A DNA stretch of 64,000 bases from an uncultured Clostridia bacterium (GTDB taxonomy: Bacteria; Bacillota; Clostridia; Christensenellales; QALW01): positions 74,768 through 138,767 of the forward strand of contig CAUDEY010000002.1 in assembly GCA_958448705.1 (NCBI GenBank). Direction: 5' to 3'. Each line of letters begins with the position of its first letter. Within the stretch, counting starts at the first letter, position 1. The notes below the pieces were generated by a model. The model saw only the letters and a program-made list of their open reading frames with translations, ran no database searches and had not been told where the DNA came from. The position numbers and the translations under genes were made by a program. Below, piece by piece: positions 33,648-43,751 of this stretch.

Positions 33648-34868
33648 TTAGTTTTCCTTTTCCGGCCAATCCCGAAAACGCCGCCAAAGCCCCGCCCCGC
33701 AAAGGCACAAAACACCTCCGAAAAGCGCCGCAGCGAGCCAAGCTCCGGCCACAGCCGACCAGCCGCCGTTTTGAGAGATTGCCGCCGTTGCCCAAGCAGA
33801 GACGGCACTGCCAATATAAGTACAGCAATTCAGTCCCCCCGAAACCAATGCCGTACAGCGATATCTTGAAAAATGCGCCGGAACCAAACAGATCAGGAAA
33901 TAATTTACACCATGCATCATTCCCTGCGCCACCGCAGCTGCCAATACCGAAACAGCGGCACTGCCGGAAAGCACCAATACTGCCAATGCCGCGCTTCCGA
34001 TGCCAAAAAAGGCTGCCGTACCAAGCATTTCATTTTTTATAACCTTTTTGCTGCTATAAGCGGCCACCTGCAGACAAAGCATCGTAAAAACCGGCAATAC
34101 CACACCGCTTAAAATCGAAACGGCACTGCTGAGCGAAAAGCTCTCCGCCACCAAAGTGGGAAGCCAGGAGGAGATACCGTCCCTCAGAATTCCCTGCAGA
34201 ATGACCGCCGGCATTACGATGGCCAAAACCGCAGCAATCTGCCGCATATTCGCGCCCTCCCACCGGGGCTTTATTTTCTGCACCGTGCTTTGTCCATTAG
34301 AGATGTTCCGGCTTAAAACCGCCCACAGCACACACACGCAGCTGCCCAGCAAAGCGGCAGAAAAAAAGACCCAATGCCAACCGGCAATCCGCAGAATCAG
34401 CGGAACAGTCAAATATACGCAGATCGTAGCGATTGCACTTCCCCAAGAAACATGAACACAGGCTTTGCGATAGGTATCTTCATCAAATAAATCGATCATA
34501 AGCTTTACCATCGGCGGCCATATCATAGCCTGTGCAAATCCATTCACGCCCCATAGTACTGCCATTTGCCCCGCACTTTGACAAAACGGCAAAAAAAAGT
34601 TGACTGCCGACGCACAACCAAGTCCGCCAAGAATCAAATACGCAGGCTTTATTTTATCGCCTAAATATCCGCTGACCAGCTGCCCTGCGGCATAGGCGGC
34701 GGCATTTACCGTAAGCACTGCGGCAGCCTGTGTCTTGGCAAAGCCCTCCTGCTGTACGATTTCAAGAAAAACGGCCGAATAATTAATGCGCGTAATATAG
34801 CTGGTAAAATAAAGTGCCGCAAAAAGAAAGATCATTCTTTTCGCTACGGCACCGGTCAACTGCTTCAT
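33648..34868 (-). CDS. MFS transporter
   Basis: 406 aa with about 12 TM segments. The pattern is MFS-like, but no specific subfamily was recognised. Confidence 0.7.
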   Translation of the reverse strand: MKQLTGAVAKRMIFLFAALYFTSYITRINYSAVFLEIVQQEGFAKTQAAAVLTVNAAAYAAGQLVSGYLGDKIKPAYLILGGLGCASAVNFFLPFCQSAGQMAVLWGVNGFAQAMIWPPMVKLMIDLFDEDTYRKACVHVSWGSAIATICVYLTVPLILRIAGWHWVFFSAALLGSCVCVLWAVLSRNISNGQSTVQKIKPRWEGANMRQIAAVLAIVMPAVILQGILRDGISSWLPTLVAESFSLSSAVSILSGVVLPVFTMLCLQVAAYSSKKVIKNEMLGTAAFFGIGSAALAVLVLSGSAAVSVLAAAVAQGMMHGVNYFLICLVPAHFSRYRCTALVSGGLNCCTYIGSAVSAWATAAISQNGGWSAVAGAWLAAALFGGVLCLCGAGLWRRFRDWPEKEN

Positions 34869-34886
34869 CGTTTCCTCCCTGCGCGC

Positions 34887-35654
34887 TTACCGCTTTGTGA
34901 TGAGGTCAATCCCCCGCTCCCGATACGCCTGCCGGATCACCTCAGGCAGGCCAGAATCCGTTACATAGAGAAAGGACTCTTTTGCCTCCGTAACCCGCAA
35001 AAAGGCATTCTGTTCAAATTTTTGATGGTTTGCAAGTACCACAGTCTGATCGGCAATCCCGATATATGCCCGTTCCACTTCGGCAAGTGCATCTTGATAC
35101 ACCGTAAGGCCATAGGTAAGAGAAACCGCATCCGGCGCAAGAAAGCACTTGGAAGCATGATATTTCCGAATCATCTCTACCGTACTGCTCCCAACAAACG
35201 ATCGCTCCTCCCGGTTATACCTGCCGCCGGCAAGAATCAACTGAAACCCGTTGTTCTGTTTAAGCATATCAAAGGCGTCAGTACTGTGTACGATTACCGT
35301 AAGGCTGCTGAAGCTCTCGGCAAGAGCACAGCAAAACTGCAGCGCCGTACTGCCGCCGTCAACGGCAATAAAATCCCCTTCCTTTACAAGGGCACAGGCA
35401 TACGAGGCCAACTCCTTTTTTTCTTTTTCGTATTCATCCATACGGGCAGAAAGTGTCTTTTGCTCTTTTACGCCCGTACAAGCCACAGCTCCGCCATGAA
35501 TTCTATGCAGCTTTCCCCGCTTTTCCAACAGTTGCAGGTCTCTGCGTACAGTCTCTACCGAAACCGCAAATTTTTTGGTCAATTCACCCAGAGAAACCGA
35601 GCCCCTCTGCAGAAGGATCCGGCAAATAATCTCCTGCCTTTCTACCGCAAACAT
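34887..35654 (-). CDS. DeoR/GlpR-family transcriptional regulator
   Basis: ERQEIICRILLQRGSVSLGELTKKFAVSVETVRRDLQLLEK HTH plus a sugar-binding DeoRC-type C-terminus. The internal ATG at 35654 is preferred over the ORF-track start. Confidence 0.85.
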   Translation of the reverse strand: MFAVERQEIICRILLQRGSVSLGELTKKFAVSVETVRRDLQLLEKRGKLHRIHGGAVACTGVKEQKTLSARMDEYEKEKKELASYACALVKEGDFIAVDGGSTALQFCCALAESFSSLTVIVHSTDAFDMLKQNNGFQLILAGGRYNREERSFVGSSTVEMIRKYHASKCFLAPDAVSLTYGLTVYQDALAEVERAYIGIADQTVVLANHQKFEQNAFLRVTEAKESFLYVTDSGLPEVIRQAYRERGIDLITKR

Positions 35655-35940
35655 TCTACTCCCCCTTAAAAACCATAAATCGGCCGTTGCGTACAAATTT
35701 TCGGTCATATATTCATATAATACAACATTTTACCACACATGTCAACGTAATTGCGCATACTTCAAAAAAACAGAACTCCTCCTTTAATGCGTACCGGCAG
35801 GAGTACAGCGCACCTTTTTACCATCCAAAACGAAAATATTTCGCTTTTTATCGTTTGACTTTCTATCTTTATTTCCACTATACTATTACTGTACCTTCCA
35901 CAATAAAAAAACAATTGGAGAGAAAATTTTTCGTAAAATC

Positions 35941-36909
35941 ATGACCTTAAAAAAAATTGCCGAACTTGCGGGGGTGTCGGTATCCACGGTTTCCAAAGCG
36001 CTTTCCGACAGCAGGGAGATTTCCCCCCAAAAAACAAAAGAGATCCGGAAAATCGCACGGGAACAGGGATATTACGCCAAGCGTCAGAAAACTGCCCAAG
36101 AATACAAACGTTTCAGCGCCCCGCACATTCTTATCGTGTGCCCTGAAATCATAAGTATTTATTACTCCGCCGTTTGCTCCTGCCTCTGCCGCCGCATTGC
36201 AGAGCACGGCGGTATTGCGGAAATCATTCTCTCGGGCTTTGATGCATTAAATACTGCAAGAATTACCGAAAATGCCCTTATCGGCAATAGTTCTTTTGAC
36301 GGTATCATCTTTTTGAACTCCTGCGAAAAAACAGCGTTTCCGATTCCCGCGGTACAGCTTTTTAAAGGGAGCACCGAACTTGATTCCGTATTTGCCGATT
36401 ATTCCGCCGGAATGCAGGAAGCACTGCTGCACCTTGCTTCCTTAAACTGCACAGATATTCTGTTTGCAGGAGAATCCCTCACCAAAACAAAGGAATCCGC
36501 CTTTGTTTCTCTTACCCAAAAGCTTGGTCTTTCCGGAAAATGCTTTATCAGCCGCTTCCGCTTTGAGGAGGCCGGCTATGAATGTGCCGACCATCTTTTC
36601 ACTATGCCGGAGGCGCCGCAGGGAATCCTCTGTGCCTATGATGAAATCGCTTTGGGGCTAATCCGATCACTTACCGCAAAAGGAAAACAGATACCGCGGG
36701 ATTTTCAAATCATCGGCATCAACGATATTCCCTATTCCCGCTACAGCTCGGTGCCGCTTACTACCATTAAAACCGATATTGAAGAGATCTGCCGCATCGC
36801 GGTATCGATCTTACTTAGCAGAATCCATAGCAGCTACAGTGCCGTACAGCATATTTCCGTACAAAGCCGGCTTGTAATTCGCAACACAACAAAGGCAGAA
36901 AAATCATGA
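35941..36909 (+). CDS. LacI-family transcriptional regulator
   Basis: MTLKKIAELAGVSVSTVSKALS N-terminal HTH plus a periplasmic-binding-fold C-terminus. Confidence 0.85.
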   Translation: MTLKKIAELAGVSVSTVSKALSDSREISPQKTKEIRKIAREQGYYAKRQKTAQEYKRFSAPHILIVCPEIISIYYSAVCSCLCRRIAEHGGIAEIILSGFDALNTARITENALIGNSSFDGIIFLNSCEKTAFPIPAVQLFKGSTELDSVFADYSAGMQEALLHLASLNCTDILFAGESLTKTKESAFVSLTQKLGLSGKCFISRFRFEEAGYECADHLFTMPEAPQGILCAYDEIALGLIRSLTAKGKQIPRDFQIIGINDIPYSRYSSVPLTTIKTDIEEICRIAVSILLSRIHSSYSAVQHISVQSRLVIRNTTKAEKS

Positions 36910-37802
36910 TTTATATTGCCATTATCTTACTGTTTAAAATAGTACAAAACCTATTCAATAAGGTGTGCAGCAACGCAATTGCCAACAACACAATGTTTTT
37001 AAAATATCTTAGCTTTCGGCAGGCGGTTTCCGCTGCTTTAGCGCTGACCGCAGTGCTTTTTACCTTTTCTATGGGGCAAAGTCCTGCCTTTACTCTGCCT
37101 ACAGCATTGTATGCACTGATGATGGCTATTTCGCTCTCGCTTTCTACCTACGCGAGTCTGACAGCACTGAAAAGCGGAACCATGATCCTCTGCGGGCTGT
37201 TTGGCACCGCCGGAATTTTTGTACCGTGTATCGCCGGAATCTTTCTGTTTGATGAAAGGATTTCTGCCTGGCAGTTTCTCGGCTTGCTTTTATTTATCGT
37301 TTCGGCCTATCTGCTGATCGGCTGCTCCAAAAAAATTTACGCGGCTTTTTCTTTTAAAACATTTCTGCTGCTTATCCTTTCCATGTTGGCCAACGGCAGC
37401 ACCATGCTGGTACAGATGATGTTTTCAAAATACGTAGAGGGCGGAAATGCGGCAACTTTCAACTTTCTGGCCTTTCTTCTCTCCGCGATTGTAAGTTTTT
37501 TCATGTTTCTGGTGCTGAAAACCCGGAGCCTGGCAAAAGCTAAAGAAACCGATACACATATTCCTAAAAAGATTCTTTTATGCGGTTTGGCACTTTCAGC
37601 AGCGGTATTTATTATATCTCAGGTTTCCACTATTGCCGCGGGAATTCTTCCCCCCATTATTTTATTTCCCCTAAGCAACGGCGGCAGTATGATCATCTGT
37701 GCCGTGGTATCCGCTGCAGTATTTAAAGAAAAACTGAATCTTAAATCGGTGTTGGGCCTGATTTTGGGCATTGCATCACTGGTAATTATAAAACTTTTGT
37801 GA
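36906..37802 (+). CDS. Multi-pass membrane protein, DMT-superfamily (EamA/GRP-like) transporter candidate
   Basis: 298 aa with about 10 hydrophobic segments. It overlaps the LacI gene stop by 4 nt and precedes a glycoside hydrolase. Confidence 0.5.
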   Translation: MIYIAIILLFKIVQNLFNKVCSNAIANNTMFLKYLSFRQAVSAALALTAVLFTFSMGQSPAFTLPTALYALMMAISLSLSTYASLTALKSGTMILCGLFGTAGIFVPCIAGIFLFDERISAWQFLGLLLFIVSAYLLIGCSKKIYAAFSFKTFLLLILSMLANGSTMLVQMMFSKYVEGGNAATFNFLAFLLSAIVSFFMFLVLKTRSLAKAKETDTHIPKKILLCGLALSAAVFIISQVSTIAAGILPPIILFPLSNGGSMIICAVVSAAVFKEKLNLKSVLGLILGIASLVIIKLL

Positions 37803-37812
37803 GGTGTAAAAA

Positions 37813-39120
37813 ATGACAAAAATAACCGCAGATTTCTCTGCAACCAAAGGCAGCATCAAGCCCATGCACGGCGTAGGACAGCCTCCGTTTTTAGGAACAT
37901 TCGGCGGATTCGATTTCAGCATGTTCCGCTACTTAAGCGAAGCCGGCATCCCTTTCTCCCGCCTGCACGATGTGGGCGGCCGTTTTGGGGGCGGCTGTTT
38001 TGTGGACATTCCCAATCTATTCCGGGATTTTGACGCGGATCCGGAGGATCCGGCCGCCTACGATTTCACCTTTACCGATATGCTGCTGGAAGCTTTAGTA
38101 CAAAGCGGTGCCGAACCGTTCTTCCGGCTGGGCGTAACGATAGAAAATCAGGCGTGTATCAAATCCTACCGAATCGATCCGCCCAAGGATACTTTAAAAT
38201 GGGCAAAAATATGTGAAGGTATTATCCGGCATTATACCCAGGGCTGGGCAAACGGATATCATTATAATATCCTCTACTGGGAGATCTGGAACGAACCGGA
38301 TAATTATGAAAATATAAATACCAACCAGATGTGGCACGGAACCAAAGAGCAATATTTTGCTCTTTATGCTGTAGCTTCCCGCTATTTAAAAGAAAAATTC
38401 CCGCATTTAAAAATCGGCGGCTACGCCAGCTGCGGGTTCTACGCGCTGACCCGCAAAGAGGGCCCCGATGCAGAAACGTTCCGCTACTACTTTGACTTTT
38501 TTAATAGCTTTTTAGCCTATGTAAAAGAAAATGGCTGCCCGCTTGATTTCTTCTCCTGGCACAGTTACGGCAGCATAGAGGAAACCAAGTTTTTTGCCGA
38601 GTACGTCAGGAAGCGGCTGGATGAGGAAGGCTTTTCTCATACTGAACATACTTGCAATGAATGGAACTTTGAAGCCGACAAACGCGGCACCGCCTATCAC
38701 GCCGCTTTAACCGCGGGCATGCTGCTGGCCATGCAGGATTCTTCCCTTGACAGCGCTATGTTTTACGACGCCCGCCTGGGCGTAAGCATATACGGCGGCC
38801 TTTTCCATCCGCTGACGCGCGAACCCTTTGCCGCCTATTATGCCTTTTTGGCATTTAACGAGCTGTATAAGCGGCAAAATGCCGTCACTGTTTCCTGTGA
38901 TACGCCGGGCCTCTATGCCGTCGGTGCCCAAAAGGACGGTGACTGCTGCCTGGTGCTTGCCAACACCACTCCCAACGCCGTACCGCTATCGCTTACTCTT
39001 TCCGGCTGCAGGCAGAAAATCAAAAGCTGCCGCCTCACCGATGAAACGCACATCTGGCAGACATGCGCGCTTCCCGAAACCTTAAACGGATATTCCTTTC
39101 TGTGTATTATTTTAGAATAA
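37813..39120 (+). CDS. Clan GH-A (TIM-barrel) glycoside hydrolase, GH39-like
   Basis: 435 aa with YWEIWNEPDN (acid/base Glu motif) and a second conserved Glu context CNEWNF. The family number was not verified. Confidence 0.55.
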   Translation: MTKITADFSATKGSIKPMHGVGQPPFLGTFGGFDFSMFRYLSEAGIPFSRLHDVGGRFGGGCFVDIPNLFRDFDADPEDPAAYDFTFTDMLLEALVQSGAEPFFRLGVTIENQACIKSYRIDPPKDTLKWAKICEGIIRHYTQGWANGYHYNILYWEIWNEPDNYENINTNQMWHGTKEQYFALYAVASRYLKEKFPHLKIGGYASCGFYALTRKEGPDAETFRYYFDFFNSFLAYVKENGCPLDFFSWHSYGSIEETKFFAEYVRKRLDEEGFSHTEHTCNEWNFEADKRGTAYHAALTAGMLLAMQDSSLDSAMFYDARLGVSIYGGLFHPLTREPFAAYYAFLAFNELYKRQNAVTVSCDTPGLYAVGAQKDGDCCLVLANTTPNAVPLSLTLSGCRQKIKSCRLTDETHIWQTCALPETLNGYSFLCIILE

Positions 39121-39135
39121 ATCGTATTATGAATA

Positions 39136-39164
39136 GGCCGCGACAGCTTTTCGCGGTCTTTTTT
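39136..39164 (+). terminator. Terminator after the GH39-like gene
   Basis: GGCCGCGA pairs with TCGCGGTC (one G-U pair), followed by TTTTTT. Confidence 0.65.
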
Positions 39165-39386
39165 CTCCTATGCAACGAAAACATGGATTTTTTAAAAAGC
39201 AATAAAAACTGATGGATTTAGATTCCCTGACGCGGAGAGATAAGCTTTCTCAAAAAGACACGGCTTTTGACAACCAGCCTATGAACCGATTTCCCCTTGC
39301 CATAAGCGCCGGCTCACGCCAAGCCGTTTTTCCTATACAAAAACACAGCCCGCCTCAATCACCGGCAGACTGTGTCCTTTAAAGTT

Positions 39387-40817
39387 TTAAACTGTAATAT
39401 TGATTTCCGCATCCGTATTATCCTTATTTTTTTCCAGCAAAGGATATACATACGCATTTAAAAATTCCTCTGTCTGCTGAGGAGCACGCCCTACAAACTG
39501 CATCGGATCCGTAAGCTTTTCCAAATCTTCTTTTTTTACAGAAAAACTTTCGTCGGCAAGAATCAGCTCCAAAAGATTATTTTCCCCACCGTACATTTTT
39601 ACGTTTTTTGCAACCTCCACCGAATACTGCCGGATCTTTTCATGCAATTGCTGCCGGTCCCCGCCGTTTTTTACCCCATGCATCAAAATATTTTCCGTGG
39701 CCATAAACGGCAGCTCTTCGCGCAGATGCTTTTCCATGACCTTGGGATATATCGTTCCTCCGGAAATCACATTGATATAAAGCGAAAGGATCGCATCTAC
39801 CGCTAAAAATGCTTCGGGAACGCTGATGCGCTTATTGGCCGAATCATCCAGTGTACGTTCAAACCACTGGGTAGCCGCGGTGATAGCGGGGTTCAGCACA
39901 TCTACCATCACGTACCGAGCCAAAGACGCAATCCGTTCCGAGCGCATCGGGTTGCGCTTATAGGCCATGGCGGAGGAGCCGATCTGCTTCGCCTCAAAGG
40001 GTTCATCAAATTCTTTTAAGTGAGAAAGCAGGCGGATATCGTTAGAAAATTTAGCCGCGCTTTGGGCAATGCCGGAGAGGCAGGAGAGGATGGCATAATC
40101 CACCTTGCGCGTATACGTCTGCCCGGAAACCGGCATAACCGCATCAAAGCCCATTTTTTGAGCAATCAAAACCTCCAGCTGCTTTACCTTTTCATGGTCG
40201 CCGTCAAACAATGCCAAAAAGCTAGCTCCGGTACCGGTCGTTCCTTTACAGCCCAGCAGCTTTAAGGAAGAAAGCTGAAAATCCAGCTGTTCCAAATCCA
40301 GCATCAAATCCTGAAGCCAAAGTGTAGCCCGCTTCCCCACCGTAGTAGGCTGCGCCGCCTGAAAATGCGTATAGGCCAGCGTAGGAACGTTTTTATACCG
40401 ATCCGCAAAATCTGCCGCGGCCCGAATGGCAGTAAGCAGCAGCCTGCGGATTTGCCGAAGCCCTTCACGCATTTGTATAATATCGGTATTATCCCCTACA
40501 TAACAGCTGGTAGCGCCCAAATGAATGATAGGCATTGCATCCGGACAAGCCGCCCCAAAGGTATGCACATGAGCCATAACATCGTGCCGCAGTTCTTTTT
40601 CCAATTTCTGCGCCAGCGCGTAATCAATATTTTCAACATTGGCTTTCATTTGATCGATCTGTTCCTGACGGATGTCGATTCCTAATTCTTTTTCCGCCTC
40701 AGCCAGCGCAATCCACAACCGGCGCCAGGTAGAAAATTTTGTATCGTTTGAAAAAATTCTTTTCATGCGATCCGAAGCATACCGCGTACACAGCGGATTT
40801 TCATAAAATTCGTTCAT
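39387..40817 (-). CDS. purB: Adenylosuccinate lyase
   Basis: [18 protein letters not shown]-terminus and the fumarate-lyase signature [15 protein letters not shown]. Confidence 0.92.
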   Translation of the reverse strand: MNEFYENPLCTRYASDRMKRIFSNDTKFSTWRRLWIALAEAEKELGIDIRQEQIDQMKANVENIDYALAQKLEKELRHDVMAHVHTFGAACPDAMPIIHLGATSCYVGDNTDIIQMREGLRQIRRLLLTAIRAAADFADRYKNVPTLAYTHFQAAQPTTVGKRATLWLQDLMLDLEQLDFQLSSLKLLGCKGTTGTGASFLALFDGDHEKVKQLEVLIAQKMGFDAVMPVSGQTYTRKVDYAILSCLSGIAQSAAKFSNDIRLLSHLKEFDEPFEAKQIGSSAMAYKRNPMRSERIASLARYVMVDVLNPAITAATQWFERTLDDSANKRISVPEAFLAVDAILSLYINVISGGTIYPKVMEKHLREELPFMATENILMHGVKNGGDRQQLHEKIRQYSVEVAKNVKMYGGENNLLELILADESFSVKKEDLEKLTDPMQFVGRAPQQTEEFLNAYVYPLLEKNKDNTDAEINITV

Positions 40818-40977
40818 AGCCTTCTCCTGTTTCAGCAATATATGTTTATTATAGCATACTCAACAAAAAAAGTCATAAAAATCTCTTCGGCCGCCGGAGA
40901 TACCCCTGTGTTTTTACCAAAAAAAGAACAGCCATCAATTCCCTGCAAACATAGATAGCCGTTATTTTTTATAATTC

Positions 40978-41415
40978 TCAATTCAATACTTCGGGCTCTT
41001 CGGCCGGCTCCTCCAAAACAGATGTACAATGCGGGCATCGTACCGCTTCTATTGCAATTTCCGAGCAGCAGAACGGACATTTTTTTACCACAGGTTTTTT
41101 AGGCTCTTCTTTCTTTTTCCCTATCGCCATAATGGCATTGACGCCTTTTACGATTAAAAACACAATAAACGCCATGATAAGAAAATTGATGACTCCGGTA
41201 ATAAATGCCCCGTACTTAATTTGTACGCCAAAAACCGTAAGTGCCATATCCGAAAGATCCTTTCCCTGCACCAGGCCAATAATGGGGGAAATGATGTTGT
41301 CGATCAGCGACTTTACCACGCTTTGGAACGCGCCTCCGATCATTACGCCCACAGCAAGGTCCAGCACATTGCCCCTGCTGGCAAACGCCCTGAATTCCCT
41401 AAAAAACTTTTTCAT
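40978..41415 (-). CDS. mscL: Large-conductance mechanosensitive channel with a C-terminal CxxC...CxxC zinc-ribbon tail
   Basis: FREFRAFASRGNVLDLAVGVMIGGAFQSVVKSLIDNIISPIIG is the MscL signature. The tail is KKCPFCCSEIAIEAVRCPHC. Confidence 0.85.
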   Translation of the reverse strand: MKKFFREFRAFASRGNVLDLAVGVMIGGAFQSVVKSLIDNIISPIIGLVQGKDLSDMALTVFGVQIKYGAFITGVINFLIMAFIVFLIVKGVNAIMAIGKKKEEPKKPVVKKCPFCCSEIAIEAVRCPHCTSVLEEPAEEPEVLN

Positions 41416-41495
41416 ATCATACTTCTCCTTTTTTCTGCCTTACAGTATACCGCAAAAAAGCATATTATACAAGATTTTTCTACATTTTTTTATAT

Positions 41496-42311
41496 TTATA
41501 AGCCCTGCAAATATTCAGAAACGCCGGATCCGCGTACATGCTCGGCATTGTTCTCTTCAATTCGTTCCGTAAAGGACAATATTTGCTTTCTGTGCGTAAA
41601 ACGCTCGGTAAACCGGCGAGAAAACGCAATAAAAATTGCATAGATATACGGCATGCCCAAATTGGTTTCCAGTAAAGAATTGATCAGCAGCGTCTGAAGT
41701 CTCTGCGCAAGCGTAGTCAGCTGCGCACTCCGGATGCCGCCCAGCAGAAGACCTGCCTCCCACCCCAGCTGCACTAAAATTCCAATAGCAAGCAGCCAAG
41801 GGATGCAAATGCGCTGTTCTTTCCGAAAATGGCACAAATTCCAAACGATCAATGCCCCATATCCTACCATTAGGATCAGCGCCATAACGCCGTGATACGC
41901 GCCTGTGGTGCGCTGAATAAAAATCATATCCGTACCGGAAGAAAACGAAGCGGTAATCAGCGGGCAGCAAAACCACCAGCCTAAAATGAAAAGAGACCAT
42001 TCCAGCAAATTTTTATCCTTGGATATCCACAGCCAGATCCAAGTAAAATTCGTAAAACCATAGCTTACGGACATCCAAAGCAGCACCCAGAACAGACTAT
42101 GGCTCTCCGAGATTGTGCGGCTGCGGCACAAAAGATGAAAAACGCCGTAATCTACTATCATATAGACCGCACCGAAAAAAAGCCCTACCAATACGGTAGC
42201 GTATTTTTTCTTCCACAGCAGCAAACCGGCAAATAAACATAAAAATCCGATATCCAGCCAGATATAAAGAGGATCAAACTGTCGCTGGGCAACAACCTCG
42301 TGCATAGACAC
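41496..42311 (-). CDS. Hypothetical multi-pass membrane protein
   Basis: 271 aa with about 7-8 hydrophobic, Trp-rich segments. No family was recognised. Confidence 0.5.
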   Translation of the reverse strand: MSMHEVVAQRQFDPLYIWLDIGFLCLFAGLLLWKKKYATVLVGLFFGAVYMIVDYGVFHLLCRSRTISESHSLFWVLLWMSVSYGFTNFTWIWLWISKDKNLLEWSLFILGWWFCCPLITASFSSGTDMIFIQRTTGAYHGVMALILMVGYGALIVWNLCHFRKEQRICIPWLLAIGILVQLGWEAGLLLGGIRSAQLTTLAQRLQTLLINSLLETNLGMPYIYAIFIAFSRRFTERFTHRKQILSFTERIEENNAEHVRGSGVSEYLQGL

Positions 42312-42478
42312 CCCTTCTTTCCGCAGCCGAAGCTGCCGTAATTTCCATTGTTAAACAAAAACAATTCCGCTGCGTACTCCCGTCGAACTGCCCGAAAACA
42401 AACTCTTTGCGGCCGGAAAGAACTTAACAGCAAGCTAAATTCGGAGAGTATCCTTATAAGGGAACCCTGTGCTTTTTC

Positions 42479-42516
42479 AAAAAAAATCGCCGCAAGCTGT
42501 ATATTGCTTACGGCGA
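42479..42516 (-). terminator. Terminator after tRNA-Leu
   Basis: On the minus strand, TCGCCGTAAGC pairs with GCTTGCGGCGA (one G-U pair), followed by T8 (the complement of A-run 42479-42486). Confidence 0.75.
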
Positions 42517-42518
42517 CG

Positions 42519-42603
42519 TGGTGCGAATGAAGGGACTTGAACCCTTACGTCTGTCGACACATGATCCTTAGTCATGCCTGTCTGCCAGTTCCAGCACACT
42601 CGC
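42519..42603 (-). tRNA. tRNA-Leu with anticodon AAG (A34), CCA encoded
   Basis: The reverse complement GCGAGTGTGCTGGAACTGGCAGACAGGCATGACTAAGGATCATGTGTCGACAGACGTAAGGGTTCAAGTCCCTTCATTCGCACCA has a 7-bp acceptor stem, a long variable arm, T-arm AAGGG/TTCAAGT/CCCTT, and anticodon stem CATGA/TCATG with loop C-T-A-A-G-G-A. Confidence 0.85.
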
Positions 42604-42621
42604 ATTACCTATAACGCCGAT

Positions 42622-42650
42622 ATTATAGGAGAAAGCCGAGGTTTTGTCAA
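42622..42650 (-). promoter_or_regulatory. Consensus sigma-A promoter for tRNA-Leu
   Basis: On the minus strand, TTGACA (42650-42645), a 17-nt spacer, then TATAAT (42627-42622), 18 nt upstream of the tRNA 5' end. Confidence 0.75.
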
Positions 42651-42800
42651 GTATTTTTTATGTCGTTTCAATACATTTAAGAATAAAATTTTCATGCATT
42701 GCCCGCATTATGTTCATAAAAGAAAGAAAACGGAATCGCAGGCAGGCCGCCCGGGAAGCAAAACAAATGACAGTACTTAAGCATCACGTTCGCACATAAA

Positions 42801-42861
42801 ATATGCTGTAAAAATTAGAGCTTGCTGTACGAACTCTCCCTCCGGCAAAGAACGTCAAAGC
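42801..42861 (-). repeat. Structured intergenic repeat family, copy D (inverted orientation)
   Basis: The minus strand reads GCTTTGACGTTCTTTGCCGGAGGGAGAGTTCGTACAGCAAGCTCTAATTTTTACAGCATAT and is colinear with copy A. Confidence 0.6.
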
Positions 42862-42920
42862 AAAATTTTAACCGTTAGCCTATACGCTCTGCAGCCCTCC
42901 CAAAACAGCCGGTTTACATT

Positions 42921-43718
42921 CTATTTTTTACCCAGCGTGCGGCTCTTTTCAAACCCGGCCTTTACCGCAGAGATCGCCGCGGCGCGCAAACCGCCTGTCT
43001 CTAAGGCGCTTACGCCTTCAATTGTACTACCCGCGGGAGAACAAACCGCGTCCTTCAGCTGACCCGGATGCTGGCCTGTTTCTAAAAGCATGGCCGCAGC
43101 GCCGGCCATGGTTTGGGCCGCATAGGTCAGGGCCTTTTCCCGCGGAAGACCGCAGGCCACCGCACCATCGGCCAAGGCCTCGGCAAACAGATACATATAC
43201 GCCGGACCGCATCCGGAAACCGCGCAGCCGGCATCTATTAAATTCTCTTCCAGACAATCCAGCCGTCCGGCAAAACGCATATCATCAAGGAAAGAATCCA
43301 GCGTTTGGGAAGGAACCAGCTCATTGCAGCAATACAGCACCATTCCTTGTCCCAAGGCCACCGGCGTATTGGGCATAATCCGGATCACCGGCAGGGAACC
43401 TCCCGCCAGCTTTTGAACCGTTTGAATCTCTACTCCTGCAGCCATGGAGATCAGCAGCGGCTTATGCTCCTGCAAAAGCGGTACCAGCTCTCCTAAAACC
43501 GAGGCCATTCTCTGCGGTTTTACGCCTAAAAAAATCCGGTCGCACTGCCGAACCGCCTCTTCGTTACTGCCGCTGTGCGCACCCAGTTCCTTTGCCAGGG
43601 CTTCTGCTTTTTCGGGCAAAAAATCTGCCAGCAGCACGTCTTTTGCATCCACTGCCTTCACCAAAGCCCTTGCCAGCGCCGAACCCATATTTCCTGTACC
43701 AATAAAACCGTATTTCAT
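42921..43718 (-). CDS. proC: Pyrroline-5-carboxylate reductase
   Basis: MKYGFIGTGNMGSALARAL Rossmann N-terminus and P5CR C-terminal dimerisation-domain pattern, adjacent to proA and proB. Confidence 0.9.
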   Translation of the reverse strand: MKYGFIGTGNMGSALARALVKAVDAKDVLLADFLPEKAEALAKELGAHSGSNEEAVRQCDRIFLGVKPQRMASVLGELVPLLQEHKPLLISMAAGVEIQTVQKLAGGSLPVIRIMPNTPVALGQGMVLYCCNELVPSQTLDSFLDDMRFAGRLDCLEENLIDAGCAVSGCGPAYMYLFAEALADGAVACGLPREKALTYAAQTMAGAAAMLLETGQHPGQLKDAVCSPAGSTIEGVSALETGGLRAAAISAVKAGFEKSRTLGKK

Positions 43719-43751
43719 AAAAAACTCCTTGCGTAAACGTAAAATTTTACT

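Noticed and set aside
33370-33828. 152-aa and 75-aa minus-strand ORFs in the GH/MFS intergenic region.
   Set aside because: They run through the structured intergenic repeat and into the 3' end of the MFS gene. They have low-complexity Arg/Gly/Cys/Leu composition. Similar pseudo-peptides arise wherever the repeat occurs, as at 49698..49910.
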